A program made the position numbers and the translations under genes. Below, one piece after another: positions 37,696 through 46,668 of a stretch of DNA of 55,277 nucleotides (within the stretch, counting starts at the first letter, position 1; each line of letters begins with the position of its first letter). Source of the stretch: an uncultured Candidatus Saccharibacteria bacterium (lineage in GTDB: Bacteria; Patescibacteriota; Minisyncoccia; Phycocordibacterales; PALSA-1337). The stretch covers positions 8,932-64,208 of the forward strand of contig CAZIUH010000003.1 in the NCBI GenBank assembly GCA_964542675.1, in the 5' to 3' direction. Below the pieces are notes generated by a model. That model was not told the DNA's origin and did no database searches. It saw nothing but the letters and a program-made list of their open reading frames with translations.

Positions 37696-37956
37696 ATGTT
37701 CAATATATCTCAATTTTTAAATAGAATACGCGGTACTCAAGGAAAACAAATACTTCAAAGAAACATTGTGCGTAATGTCGTGCTAAAAAATATTGGCATT
37801 GATATTCCCGCAGAAAATATCACGATAAAATCAGCTGTAATTTTTTTGAATAATATTTCACAATCCGCGAAATCGGCTGTGTACGTGAAAAAACAAATTA
37901 TTTTGAATGAGATTAATAAAGGGCAAGATACTATAATTGTCCGAGATATTAAATGA
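37696..37956 (+). CDS. small protein, possibly DciA/DUF721-like
   Basis: Abuts the dnaN stop; pattern S.SAKSAVYVKKQIILNEIN...IVRDIK. Confidence 0.5.
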   Translation: MFNISQFLNRIRGTQGKQILQRNIVRNVVLKNIGIDIPAENITIKSAVIFLNNISQSAKSAVYVKKQIILNEINKGQDTIIVRDIK

Positions 37957-37978
37957 TGAGATTGTTCCACGCAATTCG

Positions 37979-40507
37979 CTATTTAGCAATTGAAAAGTTC
38001 GCTACTGCCTGGCCCTTATTGGAAACACTGTCATATACAATAACGGATAGAGAGTTGCTGGACTCATTCAAATTACCAACATCAACCGGCAGAAATGAGA
38101 AATTTAGAGGATTAGTAATAGCGGTCAGAACAAATTTTCCATTCAGATAAACTTCGGTTTTTTGCGCGGGATACGCGCCGTCTAGTTTCAATTGTACCGA
38201 TAAAATTTCTTGAGGATTTATCAGTGAATCAGTAACTGGAGAAACGATCGTGATTTTAGGAACTTTTTCCGGTGTGTGAACATCATCCGTTTCGTTCGGA
38301 ATAATCATAGTGCCCGTTACTTCTTGGAAATTCGGGTGTGAAATCATATATTCCGTTAGCCAATTGCGGATGCCGTATTCCCAATTCGCATATTGAGAAT
38401 CTTGCTCTGGGTTCGTTGGGGCGGGTCCCGTTGGATCGTCTTTTCTTACCCAATGCAAAATTGTATGTACGCTATTGAATACAACTTCCTGTTTCAATTC
38501 TGCCGGCGTATAATCCGTGGCCAATTTTCCTGATATTTTATCTTTCCAATAAGACAAACCACCCCACCATATACCATGCAAAACGGGCTTGTTATCCGTC
38601 TTTGTCACTGGTGGAGATTGGAAATTTTCAACAGGGAGAATCTTCACCGCCTCTGACATGAACGCGCCCCACAATGGCGTTATGATAAGACCGGCGACAT
38701 TATGTTGCATCGGTCTATTGTCGTTGTTTCCGGCCCATGCTCCCACAACCAAATTGGGAGCGTAACCCATGGTCCAGACATCTCGATAATCATTCGTGGT
38801 TCCAGTTTTGATGGCAATTTGTCTGCCGACATTATCAGCGATTGGCTTCAAACTGGCCATACGTACCTTGGTATCCGATAATATATCGGATATTTGTCTG
38901 GAAATTTCCGGAGCTAGCACTTGAACAGGATTTATTTTTGCCTCTTCCAATACAATTTTGTTGCCGTCTTCAACCTTCAATACGGATCGATAAGGATTGC
39001 GAATGCCGTCGTTGGCGAATACTCCATATGCGCTAGTCATATCAAGTAAGGAGACTTCACCACCGCCCAAGACCAGAGTAAGTCCATATCGATTCGGGTC
39101 TGTAAGAGTGGTAATGCCCAAATCTTCGGCAGTTTGTATGGAATCGGGTATTCCCGACAAATATAATGCTTTCACGGCGGGAATGTTTCTTGATTGTGCC
39201 AATGCCTGACGAATTGTGAGTGGTCCCTCGAATATATTGTCATATTCAACGGGGGAATAGCATATTTTTGTCGCGTCGGCGCGTGGATTTTTCGTTTTAC
39301 CTTCTGGCGTGCACTCCGATGAAAATTCAGTGTTAACATCAAACAGTATGGTTTCCGGCGTATAGCCTTTTTTGAACGCGGTCGCATAAACGAATGGCTT
39401 GAATGTGGAGCCCGGTTGCCTCTTCGCCAAAGCAACATTATAATTCCCGTCAATTGTCTGATCGAAATAATCTTTCGATCCAACCAAAGCGAGAATATCT
39501 CCCGTTTTCGGATCAATGGCGACCATCGCGGTATTGCTAGCATTGAAATTTTCCGCAAGCGAAGGGCCAAACTTCGCAATCGTCTGCTCCATTTTCTGTT
39601 GCATGTCGTAATCGAGTGTTGTTATGATGTTCAGACCGTTCTGACTGACAACATCTTCACCGTATTTTTGTACTAAATAATCTTTTACCATCATAACGAA
39701 GTGGGGAGCGCGTATGCCAGCGCTATTTTTTGACAAGAATTGAACTTTCTCCTGTTGGGCCGTATTGAATTCTTCATCTGATATAACATCGGTATCTTTC
39801 ATTCTTTGTAGAACCAATTGTTGTCTAGCATTTAATTCATCGCGATGTGTTCCGTATGGGGAATAATATGTCGGTGCTTGGGGAATGGCGGCCATGTAAG
39901 CGGCTTCGGCTAGTGTCACATCTTTAACAGGTCTTCCGAAGAATGCTTGGCTAGCCTCTTCAGCGCCGTAAATAGTGCCACCGTAAGAGATTTCATTGAA
40001 ATATGCCTCCAGAATTTGGTCTTTTGTCATTACTTTTTCCAGTTTTATCGCCAAAACCAATTCTTTGATCTTTCTCGTTATAGTCTTATCTTGAGTTAAT
40101 AGAGAATTTTTAACAACTTGCTGAGTAATGGTTGATCCTCCCTGATTAACCTTGCCACTTAGTAGATTGTCGATCGCGGCCCGCAAAATGGCAGTTGGAC
40201 GAAAACCGAAATGAGTATAAAAGTCCGAATCTTCTATGGCGATAGTTGCTTTTTGGAGGTTTGGAGAAATATCTGATAAAGGAATAACAGTTCTTTTTAC
40301 ATCAGTATTCACATCATAAAGAAGAATAGTGCCGGTACGATCATATATTTTTGTCGACTGAGTGACGACGCGCGTGGCAAAAGTATTTAGGTCGGGCATT
40401 TGCAGAGTTGCTACCCATAACGCGCCGATGCCTATACACAAGAAAAATGCCGAAAAGGCAAGAAAAACAAGCGAACGTATGAATCTTCTTTTTTTATGTC
40501 GAGACAT
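37979..40507 (-). CDS. class A penicillin-binding protein (PBP1A family)
   Basis: Glycosyltransferase motifs EDSDFYTH, GGSTITQQ, RKIKE; transpeptidase STFK, SRN, KTG; C-terminal Ig-like domain. Confidence 0.95.
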   Translation of the reverse strand: MSRHKKRRFIRSLVFLAFSAFFLCIGIGALWVATLQMPDLNTFATRVVTQSTKIYDRTGTILLYDVNTDVKRTVIPLSDISPNLQKATIAIEDSDFYTHFGFRPTAILRAAIDNLLSGKVNQGGSTITQQVVKNSLLTQDKTITRKIKELVLAIKLEKVMTKDQILEAYFNEISYGGTIYGAEEASQAFFGRPVKDVTLAEAAYMAAIPQAPTYYSPYGTHRDELNARQQLVLQRMKDTDVISDEEFNTAQQEKVQFLSKNSAGIRAPHFVMMVKDYLVQKYGEDVVSQNGLNIITTLDYDMQQKMEQTIAKFGPSLAENFNASNTAMVAIDPKTGDILALVGSKDYFDQTIDGNYNVALAKRQPGSTFKPFVYATAFKKGYTPETILFDVNTEFSSECTPEGKTKNPRADATKICYSPVEYDNIFEGPLTIRQALAQSRNIPAVKALYLSGIPDSIQTAEDLGITTLTDPNRYGLTLVLGGGEVSLLDMTSAYGVFANDGIRNPYRSVLKVEDGNKIVLEEAKINPVQVLAPEISRQISDILSDTKVRMASLKPIADNVGRQIAIKTGTTNDYRDVWTMGYAPNLVVGAWAGNNDNRPMQHNVAGLIITPLWGAFMSEAVKILPVENFQSPPVTKTDNKPVLHGIWWGGLSYWKDKISGKLATDYTPAELKQEVVFNSVHTILHWVRKDDPTGPAPTNPEQDSQYANWEYGIRNWLTEYMISHPNFQEVTGTMIIPNETDDVHTPEKVPKITIVSPVTDSLINPQEILSVQLKLDGAYPAQKTEVYLNGKFVLTAITNPLNFSFLPVDVGNLNESSNSLSVIVYDSVSNKGQAVANFSIAK

Positions 40508-40566
40508 TAGGCCTATATTATAACATCTATATATAGCACCCGTTCACAATGTATACAAGTTATTTG

Positions 40567-40842
40567 TCACTGCTCCCATTTGTCGTTAAATGGGTCTAAT
40601 TCGTCATCATCAAGACCAAGTTCATCCAACTCCAGATCGGTCTCCTCGGTTTCAAGAAGAGGATCAACAGGCAACTTTTCTTCATGGTCAATGAGACCGT
40701 CAATTTCTTCTGCGTCAATCGGTTTTTTCACCTTCACATTCGGCGACATGACATCTTTCTCAATATCCGAAACACTATTGTTAATTTTTTGGGAATCAGT
40801 TCTCTTAATTTGTTTTTGTTGTTTGCCTTTTACTGTTGGCAT
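40567..40842 (-). CDS. small acidic hypothetical protein
   Basis: Basic N-terminus, D/E-rich tail ending DPFNDKWEQ. Confidence 0.6.
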   Translation of the reverse strand: MPTVKGKQQKQIKRTDSQKINNSVSDIEKDVMSPNVKVKKPIDAEEIDGLIDHEEKLPVDPLLETEETDLELDELGLDDDELDPFNDKWEQ

Positions 40843-40940
40843 TTTGATTTCATTAAGACTGATAATGAATTGTTTAATTTGTAGCAGATGTTAATTTTTT
40901 TGGCAACAATTAAAACTGTGGATAATTATCGATGTCATTT

Positions 40941-41092
40941 CGCGAACAAGGACACAAATAATTTCCTCGTGGCGAGGACTGCGATTGTCACGCTGTCACA
41001 AGGAGATGTACAACAAATAATCGTTGATTATCGTTTATGGTAATAGAAACAGTTCCGCAGCCACGAGGAAATTATTTGTGTCCTTGTTCGCG
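40941..41092 (+). repeat. palindromic element family 1, copy B
   Basis: Perfect 33-bp arms cgcgaacaaggacacaaataatttcctcgtggc; core 40974-41059 GAGGACTGCGATT...ATAGAAACAGTTCCGCA. Confidence 0.9.
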
Positions 41093-41111
41093 GAGACTTG
41101 ATACCCATTAT

Positions 41112-41591
41112 TTATTTAAAATTTCTGATTCTGGCGCCGCATGTTAAAGCGACGGCGATAGCGTCGTATTCATCGTCAAGTTTTTTCTTTGGCGTTTTTA
41201 CGAGCAAATGCACCATTTTTATCATTCTTGTTTTGTCGCTTGTGCCGTCGCCGGTAATCGCCGTTTTTATTTCCATGGGACTATATTCAAATATTGTCAA
41301 ATTTCTTTTTATCGCTTCATATATTATTATCCCTCTAGCTTCGGCTACGCGCATGGCGGTTTTCTGATTCTTGGTTATAAATAGAGTTTCAAGTGCCACA
41401 ACTTTTGGCTTGAATTTATCCATAATTCGTACAACTTCTTTACCGATTTCGCGTAGGCGCCAATATATTGATTTTTTCTTTGAAGTTGAAAAACAAGCAG
41501 AATATAGCACCACTTCTCTTAATTTTGCGGTTTTTTCTACAACCGCCATGCCGAGACGATCATAGCCGGGATCTATTCCAAGGATTTTCAT
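41112..41591 (-). CDS. ruvC: Holliday junction resolvase RuvC
   Basis: ILGIDPG, VALETLF, AEARG, DDEYDAIAVA. Confidence 0.95.
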   Translation of the reverse strand: MKILGIDPGYDRLGMAVVEKTAKLREVVLYSACFSTSKKKSIYWRLREIGKEVVRIMDKFKPKVVALETLFITKNQKTAMRVAEARGIIIYEAIKRNLTIFEYSPMEIKTAITGDGTSDKTRMIKMVHLLVKTPKKKLDDEYDAIAVALTCGARIRNFK

Positions 41592-41606
41592 AATGGATTA
41601 ATTATA

Positions 41607-41696
41607 CCGCTCCCATGGCCGACGCTTCCCTCCGCGAGTCCTTAATCGCACCACTTCGTTAAGGCTCACTCCGGGAAGTGTCGGCTATGGGAGCGG
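41607..41696 (-). repeat. palindromic element family 2, copy 2
   Basis: Reverse complement ccgctcccatagccgacacttcccggagtgagccttaacgaagtggtgcgattaaggactcgcggagggaagcgtcggccatgggagcgg. Confidence 0.85.
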
Positions 41697-41717
41697 CCGA
41701 CGGTAAATAATTAAAAG

Positions 41718-42248
41718 TTACTCTGCGTTAGTAAATACTTCTTGTACCTCATCATTCGCATCCAAATCTTCAATGAGTTTGGTTAATTTCTCAATATTGG
41801 CGTTCTCAAGTGGTATAGTTGTGGTCGGTGTCCAACCCCCATGAGTTTTTTCGAATGCCCAAGAAGCACTGCCGGGGGAGGCGAGTGACAACTCATGCAA
41901 GGCGAGAATATGTTTGATTTCTTGCGCGGCTTTATTATGATTGTCGGTAAGCGCGCTTATAAGGATCGCCACGCCTCCGGGTCCGTATGCTTCATAGACG
42001 AATGATTCCATGGCGACACTGTCGGTGGCTTTCTTCACGGCGCGGTCTATAGTATCGTTCGGCATATTCTCTTTGCGAGCCTTCTCTATGGCGGCCACAA
42101 GTCCCGGTGATAAGAGATTGCCACCGGATTTCTTGGCCTCTACCGTGATGAGGCGCACGTATTTACCGAATGATTTGCTCTTTTGCGCGTCATTCTTGGC
42201 TTTCAAATGCTTTATTTTCGAGAATTTATTGTGGCCGGACATGCCCAT
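41718..42248 (-). CDS. yebC: YebC/PmpR family protein (short form)
   Basis: MSGHNKFSKIKH, NMPNDTIDRA, YEAYGPGGVA, LTDN, DEVQEVFTN. Confidence 0.93.
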   Translation of the reverse strand: MGMSGHNKFSKIKHLKAKNDAQKSKSFGKYVRLITVEAKKSGGNLLSPGLVAAIEKARKENMPNDTIDRAVKKATDSVAMESFVYEAYGPGGVAILISALTDNHNKAAQEIKHILALHELSLASPGSASWAFEKTHGGWTPTTTIPLENANIEKLTKLIEDLDANDEVQEVFTNAE

Positions 42249-42380
42249 AGTTTACATTTTGTGATGGAAAACGTAAAGTCTGACTTAATATTGACGATTA
42301 TATCATTGGATTAATCATCTTATTGACAATCTTTCCGGTGCCAGGAAATTGATAACAAATGATAATTTTGGATTAATAAC

Positions 42381-42680
42381 AAATCTCATCGGGTATTTTG
42401 TTTTGGGAGGTTCCTCTATCATTCATTTTACAATAGAATAAATTACTGCAAGTTGCTCGCTATACTTTTTCTAATTGTGTTCTAGTTCTTTCACCTTATG
42501 TGCTAATTTTTTGTTGGTTGCAAGCAATTCACGAAGCTTAATAAATGCACGAATTATAAATATGTTCATTTGTACTGCACATGGACTATTCAATATTGGT
42601 GAGAGCATGGAAACACCATATTCAGTAAATGTATAAGGTGTATGATATCGTCCGCCCCATCTTGATATTGCAGATTGTAA
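42381..42680 (-). pseudogene. ORF6N-domain protein remnant
   Basis: Manual translation LQSAISRWGGRYHTPYTFTEYGVSMLSPILNSPCAVQMNIFIIRAFIKLRELL...HN*KKY...VK*MIEEPPKTKYPMRF; stops at 42471-42473 and 42423-42425, N-terminus missing. Confidence 0.8.
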
Positions 42681-42786
42681 TATAGCCGTATGTTAACATT
42701 TTCAACACCTAAAAATTGCTTTTAGCCCTCTGTTGTAAGTTGGAAAATATTGGATATGTATGCCCGGTCCAACACATTTTCTATAC

Positions 42787-43797
42787 CTATAACAACTTCG
42801 CGGCTCCTTTCACCCCGAGATGCGCATACGCTCGATCTGTAGCAGTGCGTCCACGTGATGTTCGTTCGAGCAACCCTAACTGTATCAAATACGGTTCATA
42901 AACCTCTTCGACGGTCGCTTGTTCTTCGGACAGCGCTGCGGCGATCGTATTTAGGCCGACGGGTCCGCCGCCGAACTTCGTTATTATAACTTTCAAAATA
43001 TCTCGATCAGCATTGGTAAGACCGAGAGTGTCAACGCCGAGCATAGTTAGCGCTTTCTCAACAATATCTTTTGAAAGGGGAACCTTGTTTATCTGCGCGT
43101 AATCTCGACAACGCTTCAAGTGAAAATTCGCCGTGCGCGGAGTGAAGCGTGAACGTGTGGCGATTTCACCGACTGCTCCCTCATGAATATCTATGCCAAG
43201 AATTTTGGACGAACGGCGAATAATTTCGGCGATTTCATCATTCGAGTAAAATTCCAGCTTGAATACGCCGCCAGAAAAACGGGAACGCAAAGGCGCGGAA
43301 ATCATGGCGATGCGGGTGGTGGCCGCGATTAGGGTAAATGGCGGCAAATCAAGTTGTATGGTTCTAGCTGAAGGGCCTTTACCTATGATAATATCAAGAG
43401 TGCCTGATTCCATAGCGGGGTAAAGAACTTCCTCAATAGCTTTGTTTAGGCGATGGATTTCATCTATAAACAGAATGTCTCCAGCCGACAAATTCGTGAC
43501 AATTGAAGCTAGATCTCCCACCTTCAAAATAGCGGGTCCAGAGGTAATCTTCATTTGAGCGCCAGTTTCTTTGGCGATGAGGTGAGCCAATGTCGTCTTT
43601 CCCAGTCCCGGCGGACCATAGAAAAGCATATGTTCTGGCGGATGTTCACGTTCTTTTGCGGCAGTTAGAAGTATATGGAGATTATCTTTCGCGTTTTTCT
43701 GACCGATATAATCCTCCCAACGTGAAGGTCGGAGGGTCTGGTCGAGAAAACCAACCTCTTTTTCATCGGTAACTGAATTTTTTGCAATCCTTGACAT
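42787..43797 (-). CDS. ruvB: Holliday junction branch-migration ATPase RuvB
   Basis: LRP..EDYIGQ, GPPGLGKTTLA, FIDEIHRL, PLRSRF, EVYEPYLIQ. Confidence 0.97.
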   Translation of the reverse strand: MSRIAKNSVTDEKEVGFLDQTLRPSRWEDYIGQKNAKDNLHILLTAAKEREHPPEHMLFYGPPGLGKTTLAHLIAKETGAQMKITSGPAILKVGDLASIVTNLSAGDILFIDEIHRLNKAIEEVLYPAMESGTLDIIIGKGPSARTIQLDLPPFTLIAATTRIAMISAPLRSRFSGGVFKLEFYSNDEIAEIIRRSSKILGIDIHEGAVGEIATRSRFTPRTANFHLKRCRDYAQINKVPLSKDIVEKALTMLGVDTLGLTNADRDILKVIITKFGGGPVGLNTIAAALSEEQATVEEVYEPYLIQLGLLERTSRGRTATDRAYAHLGVKGAAKLL

Positions 43798-43819
43798 ATA
43801 ATTGTGTTTATGCTAGCAT
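43791..43819 (+). promoter_or_regulatory. sigma70-type promoter with extended -10, overlapping the ruvB start codon
   Basis: TTGACA 43791-43796, 17 bp, TGnTAGCAT ending at 43819. Confidence 0.7.
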
Positions 43820-43825
43820 GGAGGT

Positions 43826-44022
43826 GACATCGAAAAATAAATACATAAACGAGATTGTGAACCTCTAAGCAATGGCCTTCCCAGGTTTGGGTATAGTTCT
43901 AAGGACATTCTGGTTTTCTTTTTTATAAAGAAGTGACTGGAATTATCCTCGGGAATATACCTCGCTTCCGGCATCACGCCAGAAGATATTGCTTAGAGAT
44001 TCGTGGTCTCGTTTTTTTATTT
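43826..44022 (+). ncRNA. structured ~190-nt non-coding RNA, 6S RNA candidate
   Basis: Promoter upstream; closing stem aaacgagattgtgaa.ctctaagcaat / attgcttagag.ttcgtggtctcgttt with G-U pairs, central bubble, long apical stem, terminal T-tract. Confidence 0.55.
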
Positions 44023-44118
44023 CTCTCCTGCCGCCATACTAACGCCAGGCGCGCGAATAAAGCAATCTTTTCTGGGGATAAGTTTATGAGAAAACGAAAT
44101 TTGAATTAAATCCAGTTA

Positions 44119-44421
44119 TCATCTAACTTTCATTCCTGATTGTTGGAGGGCATTCGTATAAGATGTATGAATTTTTGCCAGCTCATCGTGCAGGTGTTGC
44201 TGTTCCCTTTTTATCATATCGATATCGTGTTTTAGTATGGGAATACGTCTCTCCAAGTCTTTAAGTTGGTGAGTTTTGAGTTCGATATCTTTCTTTAATT
44301 GGGTCATTTCAGGTTCTGCCTTTTTTAATTCGGCTTCCTTGTCATTCATTTCCCTGGTTTCTTTTAGAATCTGTTGTTCCAGTTGCTTGATTGCTTGTTC
44401 TAAGTTTGCGGATGTTTGCAT
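44119..44421 (-). CDS. small coiled-coil hypothetical protein
   Basis: 100-aa heptad-rich ORF directly downstream of pilB. Confidence 0.7.
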   Translation of the reverse strand: MQTSANLEQAIKQLEQQILKETREMNDKEAELKKAEPEMTQLKKDIELKTHQLKDLERRIPILKHDIDMIKREQQHLHDELAKIHTSYTNALQQSGMKVR

Positions 44422-44430
44422 ATTTTTTTA

Positions 44431-46107
44431 TTAATTATCCTTTAATGTTATTACTCTCTCCAGCTCTTCAAGCGATGTAATTCCTCGTAATACTTTTAAG
44501 ACGCCATCTTGTTTCATCGTAAGTATTCCTTGACCTTTTGCCGCTTCCCATATTTCACGGTCGCTCGCGCTCATTTGCACGACTTTCTCTATCCGTTGAT
44601 TCATGAGAATCGCTTCGAAAATACCAATGCGACCTTTGTAACCGGTATGATTACATTTATCACAACCGGCGGGGAGATATATTTTTTCGTAGGTAGTTGG
44701 AACGAGAGCTTTGTCTTCAATGGTATTAAGTGTTGTTTCTATTTCCTCTTTGGTTTTCCCCTCAATTATAGATTCCTTTTTGCATATTGGACACAGGACG
44801 CGCACAAGCCTTTGCGCCATTGAAACGCGAAGCGCGGAAGGAATAATACTGGGATTTGCGCCGAGATCTATAAGTCGCGGGAACGTGCCGCCGGCATCAT
44901 TGGTATGTAAAGTAGAGAAAACTAGATGTCCGGTTAGGGCGGAATTGATGGCGATATCGGCGGTTTCGTTATCCCGAATTTCACCGACCATAATAATATC
45001 CGGATCCTGTCTAACCGCGGCGCGCAGACCTTCCAAGAAATTGTAACCCTTGTCATTCACCTGAGTCTGAACAATTCCCGGCAGATGATACTCGATCGGA
45101 TCTTCTATTGTGATAATCTTCACGCCGGGATTGCTGACCTTTTTCAGAAAAGCGTAAAGAGTTGTAGTTTTTCCCGAACCGGTCGGACCGGTCGTGAGAA
45201 TCATTCCATCTGGGCGATTTATTTCCGCGTTCAGAATATCGAGTAGTTTCGGGTGAATGCCCATCTGATCGAGCGGTATGCTTATGCTTTTCGGATTGAG
45301 CAGGCGAAGCACCACCGATTCGTTGTATGCTCCGGGAAGTATTGACGCGCGTACCTCTACATCGCCGATTGGCAGGCGGATGCTAAAACGGCCGTCCTGT
45401 GAATCCTTTTTGATATTTAATTTCATTCCAGAAATAAGTTTGATACGCGATAGAAGAAGGGCGTATGTTTCATTATCAAAACGAGTTACATCCTGAAGTA
45501 CTCCATCAAGACGATATCGAAGGAGAACATAAGTTTCTTCAGGTTCCAAATGAACATCGGATGCTTCTATCGCGAGAGCGCCCGCGAGAAGTGTTTCCAA
45601 TATTCGCGATACCCTGTAGCTTTTTTTGCCTGCCGTTGTTGTTTCCAAAATCGTTTTGATGGTCGGTAAGCTTTTGGCTTGTTCTATGATTTCTTCGATT
45701 TCCTTATTTGAAATTTCGAGTGAACCAGCTTTATTCTCATAGGCGAAAGAAAGGTCTTTGTATAGGTTCCATGCTTTTTCAAGTCCCGGTGTGGAGGTTA
45801 TGTAAATTTCCGGTTGATACCCTTTACCTTTTAGATCAGAGATCACCGCCTCAATCTTCTCTCCCCGCGGATTGCGCGTGGCAATCTTAATTTTTTTATC
45901 AATCAAAGCGAAAGCCGCAGCAAGTGCTCCGCGCGCTGTTTTTTCGTCTATCAGACGCAAGGCGTCAGAATTTATTGGAATACCCAATAAATTGATATAC
46001 TCCACACCGTATTTTGCCGACAGAATCTGCACCAAATCCTCCTCCTCTTTGCGGTGTATTTCTTCGAGCTTTCTATTTTGTTTGTCTTCGTCAAATGTGA
46101 TGGTCAT
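44431..46107 (-). CDS. pilB: PilB/GspE type IV pilus assembly ATPase
   Basis: ASDVHLEP, RYRLDG, QDGR, TGPTGSGKTTT, TIEDPIEY, RQDPD..GEIRD, TGHLVFSTLH, CPIC/CDKC. Confidence 0.92.
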   Translation of the reverse strand: MTITFDEDKQNRKLEEIHRKEEEDLVQILSAKYGVEYINLLGIPINSDALRLIDEKTARGALAAAFALIDKKIKIATRNPRGEKIEAVISDLKGKGYQPEIYITSTPGLEKAWNLYKDLSFAYENKAGSLEISNKEIEEIIEQAKSLPTIKTILETTTAGKKSYRVSRILETLLAGALAIEASDVHLEPEETYVLLRYRLDGVLQDVTRFDNETYALLLSRIKLISGMKLNIKKDSQDGRFSIRLPIGDVEVRASILPGAYNESVVLRLLNPKSISIPLDQMGIHPKLLDILNAEINRPDGMILTTGPTGSGKTTTLYAFLKKVSNPGVKIITIEDPIEYHLPGIVQTQVNDKGYNFLEGLRAAVRQDPDIIMVGEIRDNETADIAINSALTGHLVFSTLHTNDAGGTFPRLIDLGANPSIIPSALRVSMAQRLVRVLCPICKKESIIEGKTKEEIETTLNTIEDKALVPTTYEKIYLPAGCDKCNHTGYKGRIGIFEAILMNQRIEKVVQMSASDREIWEAAKGQGILTMKQDGVLKVLRGITSLEELERVITLKDN

Positions 46108-46161
46108 AAAATGTCAAATTATTGCCTATATTATAGAGCATAATGGGGAAAACCGCCTGCA

Positions 46162-46190
46162 TTGACAAACAAGACGGAATCTGCTATACT
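46162..46190 (+). promoter_or_regulatory. near-consensus sigma70 promoter
   Basis: TTGACA-17bp-TGcTATACT. Confidence 0.75.
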
Positions 46191-46243
46191 GTTTTTAGAA
46201 CATTCCAAATGACTTGGGGTGGAAAAAACAGTTTGAAGATTTT

Positions 46244-46540
46244 ATGAAAAAACATTTTTTTCTTTTGTTGGTATTAGCAATCTCGACTGGTGGGTGTGTA
46301 ACTTACCAGAAGAAGAATCTGGAGATTCGCAACCCGGCCGCGCCGATATCTGACCATTCGGTCAAGTGGTCGATCGGGAGTTTGCTCCCGTCAGTGGAGG
46401 TGATCCATATTCACCCCACGGATTATGCCCCGCGATATGTGCCGGCGCCCGTGTGGGTGCCGTACGGGCAGCCGATTTACGGCGCGCCGTATCACAACGC
46501 GCCGCCGATGGTGCCATATGGAGGTCGGTATCGCTACTGA
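46244..46540 (+). CDS. putative lipoprotein with Pro/Tyr-rich tail
   Basis: MKKHFFLLLVLAISTGGC lipobox-like signal; own promoter and terminator. Confidence 0.7.
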   Translation: MKKHFFLLLVLAISTGGCVTYQKKNLEIRNPAAPISDHSVKWSIGSLLPSVEVIHIHPTDYAPRYVPAPVWVPYGQPIYGAPYHNAPPMVPYGGRYRY

Positions 46541-46561
46541 TACCGCCATAAACAGTTTCAT

Positions 46562-46596
46562 TCAGCCGTTTCTCGAAAGAGGACGGCTGATTTTTT
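46562..46596 (+). terminator. intrinsic terminator
   Basis: tcagccgtttctc-GAAA-gaggacggctga followed by tttttt. Confidence 0.85.
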
Positions 46597-46668
46597 ATTA
46601 GAATTGAGGTAGTGGCCTACCCTTGTGGCTGGCTTGCATGATTCAAAAAAGTGATGTATACTGCTGGC

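Noticed and set aside
42381-42680. Stop-codon reassignment (genetic code 25) explaining the in-frame stops
   Set aside because: One stop is TAG, and TGA terminates intact genes elsewhere (xerC, pcrA, holA).
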